DNA of 64,000 nucleotides from Parasitella parasitica NRRL 2501 (taxonomy: Eukaryota > Fungi > Mucoromycota), in contig MU619325.1 in assembly GCA_025201805.1 (NCBI GenBank), forward strand, positions 62,001-126,000, read 5' to 3'. The notes under the pieces are model-generated. The model worked only from the letters and a program-made list of their open reading frames with translations. It did not search any database and was not told where the DNA came from. The position numbers and the translations under genes are program-made. This document shows, one piece after another, positions 54,801 through 64,000 of this stretch (position 1 is the stretch's first letter; every line of letters begins with the position of its first letter).

Positions 54801-57800
54801 AAATCCCATTATTTTGGCCTTTGCTAGACACATGCTTTTGGTGCAAAAGGTATTTACAGCCAAACTGCTTAACTTGTCGCATGCAAACAGGACGTCTGCG
54901 GCCGCTGCCGCCAACAGCTCCAAATCTGCTGGTGCTGTCGCAGCTTCTTCATCCGCAGTAGCCAAAAACAAGGACTTTAATTTTGATACTCTTCTTGGCA
55001 AGCTGGATATTGTAGCACAAGCATTACTCAGCCTGGACAAAATCCAAGTGATTGCGCATGCACAAGAATTGAGAATGGACACTACTGTGTCTGGCGTTAT
55101 AGCATCTGGCCTATTCTCAAATCCCAAGCTGGCACCTCTACAGTTGTCTATGCCGACTGAACGCAATTCAGATACGGGATCAGGCATACGAAGCTCCAAC
55201 CGCGGCCGTAAAAACAACCATGCTGATCCCCGTTTAGTCCTTGAAGCTACAAGTGGCATCAATTCAATCGACATCAAGTTTAGGGAAGAAATTAAACACA
55301 GCAGCAGTTCTGGGTCTATTCGAAGCAACGTACTACTTGGCATCATGCTTGAGAGGGCCAATGTCAACGCCAACATCACGCAGGTCCCCAGAATGTCAAG
55401 AAAGAATCCCCGAACAGAGATCACCAAGGATACTTTGAACATATTTTCCAACATCCACAAGTTCCATGTGCACGTACCTCAGAGTCTTTTGCGTCTTTAC
55501 GGGTTCGTGGAATCCTGGCAAACAGAGCAAGGCAGAAGGTACCATTTTATGTTTCAAAACCTGGTCAAGGAGTGGGAAGAGCAGCGAAGAGTGCAAGTTG
55601 CTGGCAGCACATCGACCGCCGCAGAAATGTCTAATGCTGCGCCTTTTGCCCTCACTGCACCTGCAACTACACGCCCCGTAGCACGACCAAAGAAGTTGAA
55701 GATGGATATCAAGCTCCAGTTCCTGCTGAACGAGTTTCTGATACAAGCTGATCTTTTGCCGTCTCTTAGCTTTGAGTATAGGATTTTGGATTTCTTTATC
55801 ATGGTCAACGAAACACGACCAAAATCAGGGCTTGTTCTCAAGTATGATTTCCAGTTGTCAAAGCAGGTCGTTCATCTCATAACAAAAGAGGACCGGAAGC
55901 ACAAGCACAGCAATAGTTCCAGCACTTTTAGCATACCAGGAATCCGCAGCATAGGAACAATCAAGAATGAAATGCACAGGGGAGCTCCTCAGCTGAAGCT
56001 CAAATCCAAGATTTCTATTGACATTATATCCTTGTCTCTCAATGCAAGCCTTATAGATTCGCTACTGACTGCCCAATCACTCGTCGGCAATGAAGTCAAC
56101 GAGCTTGTTGAAGTCTTGTCGTATTCCAAGAACAAGAACTCTTCTAGAGGACCTTTAGAGAAAGTTCCTGAGGCCGGACCATCGTCGCCCGATCGAGTGT
56201 TTAAATACACCATTGATGTCTCGTTGGATGGCCTTCAAGTGTCTGCATCTAGTCCTTCTGCTTTCGGCATGTTCAGGTCTAATCTGTTGGAGGCCTCGAT
56301 TTCGAATGACTGCATGAAAGGAGGAGATGCCGCTGACAAGCTTGGCTGGAAATTGCAAGCTCAAAACTTCTCGCTGTCTCTTGTTCACAATACGGTACAG
56401 GACATTGACGAGACGTTCATCGACAAAGAGGATAGTGTCTACCAAAGAAACTGCCTAGCATACATTTTGGTAGACTTTAGCGTGCAAAACTACCTACCCA
56501 CTTGCACAGCCGCAAACTGTCAAAAGGGCACGCATGCTCATGCTTGCGACACCAACAAGCAAATGGGCGCTATTTTCATTGATTTCGCTCGCATCCAAAC
56601 CGTCATGCAGCCAATTGCGCTAGGAAAATTAGCGGAAATGTACATTTATTATGATGCAGAACTTGGGAAAAAAAAGTTGATGAAGAAGGCTGAAATCGAC
56701 CAACTCTCAGCAAACACAAAACGCATCGTTCAGTCTATTTCCAACAAGAATGAGTGGCCGAAATCCTTGCAAGAAGAGCCTCAGTCGTTGCTGGAAGGTA
56801 AAATCATATGTCTGCACGTCCGCCGTTTGGGCGTCGCTATTCCCCTGAAGTCTCAATCTGATCTGCCATTATCATGCTCATCTGCTGCCGAGAGCTCAAG
56901 AGGTGTTAGTGCGCTTTTGTTGTCTGTTGTATCTATCGAGTTCATGACCAAAAATGCCGAGAAGGGTTCTCTACAGTTGGACAATCTTGTTTTACAGTTT
57001 GTAAAGCGGTTTGACCAAAACAGGGCAGAGCATTTCCTTTCAGAGAACCATCCTCGCATGAACCACGTCAGTTTGCCCTCTATATCGTGCCACGTATCCG
57101 CTTCCAAGGTGAAGCCACTGCAATCGGTTATAATTGATGCGCATGTAAAGGGGTTTGAAGTAGACGTCGACGGCACTATTGCTGATTACATCAACACGCT
57201 CAGCAACATCTATGTCAAGTCCAAAGATCGAGTAGACGCATTCACTGCAAAAGCAAACTTCAACCAATCGAAAACCCCTACTTTGCCTGAAGTCGAATCT
57301 CCAAGCACGTCTGAAGTCATCCATTTGGATCTTGAGTGCAGATTCCAGTGCGACAGTGGCACGATTCGCATGTATCCTAAGCGGCACTCTAGCGACGCAC
57401 ACCGTAACAAGAAAAAGTCAAAGTCCATGCGTATTCGTTCGTTTTACGACCGCAAACCAAACGAAGGAAACATGGCTATGGTCGAGCTTCCTGGGCTGAG
57501 TGCCTGGCTAATGTACCAGACGCCTCTTGGCGCCCATGCAAAAGTAATCGATGCTCCAAAGCGATTCCACGCCGATATTCTGATCCGTGAAAGCGTCAAT
57601 ACCCTACACCCTGCACTAGTTCAGTTCCTGATAGAGGTGGTGGCAGGCCTCAAGCTGGGCATACAGCAGTCGAGCGAGAGAAAGGCAGTGAGACCAGTCG
57701 ATTCCGAGAATGAGTCTAATTTGAATGCCTCGCTGTTCTTGCGTCTCTCAAAGACCCAACTGGATCTTAGTTGCCAGCCCTCGTGCAAAGTAATGTGCTC

Positions 57801-59820
57801 CATGGGCTGGGAGGAAAGCGAATTCATGGTGAATGCGTTCTCTAAAGACACAACATCCCGTACGATCAGCTGTGTAGGCTCTGTCAGAGAAATCACTACT
57901 GTGGTCAAGCATAACTTTTCTCCAGAAGCTTGCTTGACGGCTCGCGTTGATCGCATCTTGTTCAATGTTATGCTTACATCGCAAAGAGAAGGCGGGAAAC
58001 TGAAAGACGACATATCTGTCATTATAGATCTGCCAAATGTGCTGGGCGACCTCAACATGCGGCATTTGCAAGACCTTCTTATGCTTTATACCTGCTGGTT
58101 TGTGCAACCCATCGACCGTGCTCCCAAGTCCTCCAAGTCTCCAGCAGCAGCAGCAGCAGCAGCAGCAGATGTGCAGTTTATCGATAAGCACAGATCTCAA
58201 GCATCGACATCAGACAACGACGATTCATCCATGGAAGAAGCACCGGCACCATTTTCAAAGCATGTTGCAGTTGGCATAAAAGATATGAAATTCTCTGTTG
58301 ATCTTGGTCAGAACATTGGAATAATCACCTTGATACCAAGTACGCTATCATTCCAACTTCACCATATACCTCATGAGACAAAGGGGCTCAGCTTAATACT
58401 GGAAAAAATCAAGGTTTTATCCGAAGGACGATTAGTAGGTAAAGCTATATTCCTTCAATCTGTTATCTATGGTCGTGTGGATCAATCCATAAACAATGGG
58501 CAAGCCAAAGAAAACGCAGCTGTTTGTGTACGCTCTGAAGGTTTTACTGCAGCCTTCGAGTACGAGTACCAGAATATCTTGGATGCATCACAGCAATGTC
58601 TGGAACTAAATGTCAATTTCCTCAGAAACGCAAACAGATATGATCTGCAAGTCTCCATCAATTTGGATGCTTTGATAGCCAGACTGTCGATAAAGACTGT
58701 GCCTGTAATCATTACAATGATGCAGAAGTTTGATGAGCTCCTGAAGAAGAAGAAATCAGAGGCTGGCATGGGGCCGGATTACTACGATACCGAGATGCCA
58801 AAGACGATGGTTATTGCACGGAACCACTTGCTGTCAGAAGAAGAAGAAAGACAGAACGATCTGTATGAAAATTCGTCTGTACAAAGTCGAGTCATTCTCT
58901 GCATCAAGGCTGTTGAGTTTATCATTTATCCCAGTCAATTTCAAGATTCGGATAATGTGGATGTCCGAGCAAAACAATTCAAAGTCGACTTGCAAGAGTT
59001 GCCACGCACTGCAGAAGGTATCCATAGAAAAGTGGTCATCACTCTTTTCAGTGCTGCATTGGCAAAGAATGTGCCCAGCATTGAACTCATGGACCGCTAC
59101 AGCCGACCATTGCCTCCTCCTGGATCAAAAGTCAGAAACCTAGGCGGAACCAAGATCTTTGGTATCCCAGGTACAGAAATCAGCATGGAGTCTACGCAAT
59201 TGGATAGACACATCACGCATGAGTTTGCTGCAAACTTTGCTGGCCGTATTGGCGTTTCGCTAAATATTGGGTTAATCAAACACTTGCAAGAAATGATCAA
59301 TATGTTCAACATGCAAGTCGAGCGTGCCTTTGTAAAGGACAAACCATATTTCTCGCCTTTACCAAGTCTTTCTGGTAGTTCCAACAACTTTGAAGAGCTT
59401 AATGAACTTATGGATAACAAGCGAAGAGAGCTACTGATATCGGGCTCGTCTAGCTCAACCACTCCTCCTCTCGCTCCTGCCCCAGCTACTTCTGCTCCTA
59501 CCACATCTGCTGCTTCTTTGCAAGCAGAGGGAATCGAAAAGAAAGAAGAGCCACCAAAGAAGGAGGAGCCACCAAAGAAGGAGGAATTGCCGAAAAAAGA
59601 GGAAGAAAAGAGCGCTCCAGTTGAGAAATATACCTATACATCTGTTAACTCTGTCAATTTCCAGCCTCAACTGCAAGTTATGGGCGAGGCTACTCCACCT
59701 GTTGAATGGCTTGGCTTGAAGAGAGAGCGCATTCCAGGATTAGTTCATGAAAATATTACGCTGCATTTAGATCAAATGACCAAGGTTATTTGGCGTTTCC
59801 TGGAATCTCAAGCTGATTAG
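48827..59820 (+). CDS. CSF1: Csf1 / BLTP1 (KIAA1109/Tweek) bridge-like lipid transfer protein, about 8 exons, >3400 aa
   Basis: N-terminal TM, then FLFYFNRVLGQ, VSLLGGRILFKNLRY, CSVEGLECFLYNNT..YD, TYYADYAGPVP, DIGNGGLPPEWG, HYGAWADRQR, GHRLFGPLP. C-terminal FQPQLQVMGEATPPVEWLGL. Confidence 0.93.
58144..58167 (+). repeat. (GCA)8 microsatellite encoding poly-Ala in CSF1
   Basis: Read directly; translates SPAAAAAAAADV. Confidence 0.85.
59539..59610 (+). repeat. 18-bp coding minisatellite (KKEEPP x4, degenerate) near the CSF1 C-terminus
   Basis: KKEEPP KKEEPP KKEELP KKEEEK. Confidence 0.85.
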
Positions 59821-60017
59821 TTTCATAGATACACAGAAAATCGTTCTCTTTTATTTAATAAACATGTCCTTTTTGAATCATTTAAAAATTGTTCCTTGAC
59901 TCAAATCAACTATTTACTGGCCGGATGTTCAATTTGAGGTGCAAGACAAATTGGCTTTTGATCAAGATATTGATAAAAGTTGCACTTTTTCTTTCAAAAA
60001 AACAAAAAGAAAAAATT

Positions 60018-63000
60018 ATGCTGCCACGTACAGGCCTGCTAATCATTGGTGTGATCTTTCACATTGTATACTTGTTTAGTATCTTTGACATATACTTTAC
60101 TTCGCCACTTGTGCATGGCATGAAACCACACAAAAGTCCAGTAGACCCTCCTGCTGATAGACTTGTATTGATTGTAGGCAGGTAGCGAGTAATTCGAGAT
60201 TTTACAGCAAAAAAAAACTAACTTCTTTATAGGGGATGGATTAAGAGCTGATAAACTATTCGAATTGGACGCAAACCAACAAACCAGAGCACCTTTTTTC
60301 AGAAACATAATAGAGAGCAAAGGCACCTGGGGTGTTTCTCATACGCGTGTGCCTACAGAATCCAGACCAGGACATGTCGCAATCATTGCTGGTTTCTATG
60401 AGGATGTCAGTGCTGTCACCACTGGTAAATCTGCTTCGAAGCGTCTGCCCTGAAAATACCGCCTCTAACTTTGTCATCATAGGTTGGTCAATGAACCCCG
60501 TTAATTTCGATTCAGTCTTCAATCAATCACATCATACTTGGTCTTTTGGGTCGCCGGATATTCTGCCAATGTTTCAGCAAGGCGCCAGTGATCCTAGCAG
60601 AATCGAAACGTTCATGTATCCTGCAGAGTATGAAGATTTCACGGGAGGTTAGTCTGGTTGCATTTGAGGATCGTAATAGACATTCATGGTTCTACTGTAG
60701 AGGGTTCCAAGTTGGATGTATGGGTGTTTGATCATGTAAAGGAGCTTTTCGAAAAGGCAGAAGTTGATAAAGCATTAAATGAAAAATTGCGCCAAAAGAA
60801 GATTGTCTTCTTTTTGCATTTACTCGGACTGGACACGAATGGCCATGGATTCAGACCAATGTCCAAAGAGTACTTGGACAATATCAAATTGGTAGATCGA
60901 GGCGTCAAAGAGACGGTTCAGCTGATTGAAGATTTCTACGAGAACGACGGCAAGACAAGCTATGTATTTACAGCTGATCATGGAATGAATAACAGAGGCG
61001 GCCATGGCGATGGACATCCTGACAATACTCGCACTCCTATCATAGCCTGGGGTGCCGGTGTGCGCAAACCTATCAAATCACACCTTGGACACGATGAATT
61101 TTCAGCGCCATGGGGATTAAATCACATTCAACGTGATGATATTCAACAAGCTGATATTGCGCCTCTGATGGCACATTTGATTGGTATTGATTTCCCAGTA
61201 AATTCAGTGGGTGAACTCCCATTGAGCTATTTGGATGCTGATGAAAAGACTAAAGCTGAAGCTGCTTTCTCCAACGCTCGTCAGATTCTAGAACAGTATC
61301 AAGTAAAGCATAGTAAGTTTTTTTTTTTTTGGCTTGTTAATGATTTCGGCTTCTTACACTGTATATATCAGATCAAAAGGAGGAGCTTGAGCTCTTCTTT
61401 AGACCATTCTCTCAATTATCAGGAAGAAATGACCCCGATGTGCTTGTTATTGAGATTCAAGCTTTGATCAATGGCCACCAATACATTTTAGCAGAGAGAA
61501 AGTCAAGAGAGCTCATGACTCACTGTCTTGAGGGCTTACGCTATTTCCAAACTTACGACTGGCTCTTCTTGAGAAGTGTGGTAACTGCTGGCTACATTGG
61601 ATGGTGCATATTCTGTCTTGAGTTTGTGGTTCGCAACTTTGTCCTTCGTTCGCAATCTCAGCTGTCTTTGTCGATCAAATCTTGCCTCACAGTAAGTACA
61701 GATATTTTGCCCATTGCAGATACTTATAGGCTTTGCCAGATTGATTTCTTCTCGTTGGTGATCCTCGGTGGCCTATATTCCATGCTGTGGATTCAGAAAA
61801 TGCCCAAGTTGTACTATGCCTACGTGCTATTCCCTGTGTATTTCTGGAATCAGATTCTTCGTAACTATCGTTCATTGTCTGGTGCGTTGCGACTTGGTAT
61901 AAAGAATGGCCTTGTCAAATCTGCCACTGCTGTCATTGCAGCCTTACTATTTCTGGAAGCTTTGGTGTTTAGCTTTTTTCACCGTGAAATGTTAAGTGCC
62001 ATATTTATTCTATTGTCTGCTTGGCCTTTGGTGATGCCGTCAAGAGTTCGATCTGAAAACAAATTCCTTCTTGCGAGTTGGGCTGTATCATGCATTTGCA
62101 CTAGTGTCTTTACACTCTTGCCGGTTGAAAAAGGCCAGGACATCAATCTTGTGTAAGTCTTTCAGAGAGGCAATCGAAAAAATAGAAACCAACAAGCTTT
62201 ATAGTGTACTAGGAGGTATATTTGGCGTCTTGGCAGGTGTGTTTGCTCTACATAATCTCAAACAAAACCATCGCATTAGCAAGCTCCAAAGTGCTATCAT
62301 TACCGTGCAGTTATTTGCAACAGTTGCTAGCATTTTTCTTGTTTGGTCTACTGCTTCAAGTCTTCAAAAACGTGAAGGGCTCCCTGCATTCAATCAGATA
62401 GCTAGTTGGGTTATCATTTGTAAGATGAGATGACTATTCAGGTCTTTATTTAATTATATAACTCACCTCTATTTTTCTTTTTTTTTCGCAGCCATTTCAA
62501 GTATTTCTCCATTTGTTTATCGTGGAAAGTCATCTGATGATTACTTGACAAGATTGCTAATCATCTGTTTTGCGTTTGCTCCTTTGATGACTTTACTCAG
62601 TATCTCATATGAACTACTGTTTTATGTCTTTTTCTGCACTACGGTCCTCATTTGGCTTGAAGTCGAACGTGCATTATACAAGGGCACTCGCTCAGCTGCT
62701 AATCGACCACTCAAAGGTAGCGATGGTCGTGCTGTTCTGTTCTTTTTATTCTTTATCGATGTTGCTTTCTTCGGTACTGGCAATGTAGCTTCGATGAGTA
62801 GTTTCTCACTGGAGAGTGTCTACAGGTTCACAACTATCTTTAATCCTTTCCTGATGGGCGCCCTCCTGATCATCAAGATCTTGATCCCCTTCTTTGTTGC
62901 TTCGTCTGTACTTGGTATACTCAGCTCCAGTGTCGATCTCCAGCCTTTTACTTTATTCTTGGCCGTCTTGAGTATATCAGACATTCAAACTATCAATTTC

Positions 63001-63186
63001 TTTTTCCTTGTCACTGACTATGGAAGTTGGCTTGAGATTGGTTCTTCTATTAGCCATTTCTGTATAGCAGAATTATTCATCATCTTTACAATGATCCTGT
63101 TTCTCTTGTCTAGACTCTTGGTTGGGCGCCTTGTCTTGCCAAAGCTCAACAAGATGATCAGTCAAATGAGACCTAAAAGTTTATAA
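60018..63186 (+). CDS. MCD4: GPI ethanolamine-phosphate transferase 1 (Mcd4/PIG-N), multi-exon
   Basis: [128 protein letters not shown]. Confidence 0.97.
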
Positions 63187-63678
63187 AATTATCGACTCTC
63201 TTATTATTCTTATTATTAAACTTTTACATGACAAGTAAATTATATCAATCTCTGAAAAACCTACACCAGCATGAAAAGAAATAATTTTACCAGATAGCGG
63301 CAGTGTTCTTCAAGTTCAATCGCGGTTTTAGAGTGGATTTGGTAATAAGTTATAGGAGCGAACGACGACTAGCCTCCCATTATAAGATATTGCCGCTGCA
63401 ATATCATTTCATTTCAAATGGAAATAATGTGAAGTGTCGTACAATTGACGCACTTAAGAATTTGACAGGATATGTATACTATTCTAATACCGTAGAAAAC
63501 CTCTCTCTTGACGATCGAACGGTACCACTATAGCAAGATATTATGATTGTGATATCTAAAAATCTAAGAACATGTTGGATCGCTAGACGCATGCCTAAGA
63601 AATCTGCAATGTCTAATGAGAGTAACGCTCTACTTGCCATGTTGAGGTATAATTCCATCAAGACCCTTGTTTGAGCAG

Positions 63679-63710
<32 letters not shown>

Positions 63711-64000
63711 GCTTCACGATCATACAATAGTGTTGAATTACAATATGCATCATAATTACCTGGAGTTTTGTAGCATAACCACATAACTTAATGAAGAGGA
63801 CAATATATCTTTTTTTACCACTGTTAAAGCGAGCAACCAAGTTTTACATTGCTGTTTACCGTCAAGAGGATAGTTTAGATATTTATTAAAAAAAAAGCAA
63901 AGGGTAATGTAGATTGAAAAATACAGCAAAGGATACCCAGATTCAAATGTGTCGACCGATAATGCCTGTGGGAAGCGTGATCTTATCAATGATGTCGGTG

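Noticed and set aside
53173-59676. Many antisense and alternative-frame ORFs within CSF1 and other genes
   Set aside because: Shadow ORFs of long coding regions with no independent motifs.

Overview
Gene-dense, intron-rich eukaryotic DNA with short (~50-75 nt) introns. The proteins point to a Mucorales/Mucoromycota fungus; the GH85 enzyme closely follows my recollection of Mucor hiemalis Endo-M. I support about 25 protein-coding genes: thaumatin-like protein, THOC1/HPR1, POT1, GH85 ENGase, Ubl-WLM protease, tubulin cofactor A, ITC1, two small conserved hypotheticals, ArfGAP, Old Yellow Enzyme, ATP14, GH18 chitinase, NCS2 purine permease, IFRD protein, a pepsin-fold protein, a GPI-anchored 8-Cys protein, ATG22, RFA1, MET17, CSF1 and MCD4, among others. 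Several are absent from or only partly covered by the ORF track and were rebuilt by manual splicing. Main findings: (1) a stand-alone two-exon 121-aa gene (44277-44715) made of the calmodulin-binding regulatory segment of calcineurin A with no phosphatase domain, a candidate calmodulin decoy or calcineurin modulator; (2) CSF1 and its known functional partner MCD4 in tandem, 197 bp apart; (3) a hidden TM + KASH-like tail (10376-10615); (4) a probable pseudo-protease; (5) three GC-AG introns; (6) several non-coding repeats. No tRNA, rRNA, CRISPR array or intact transposon was recognised. All family calls are from motif recognition, not database searches.
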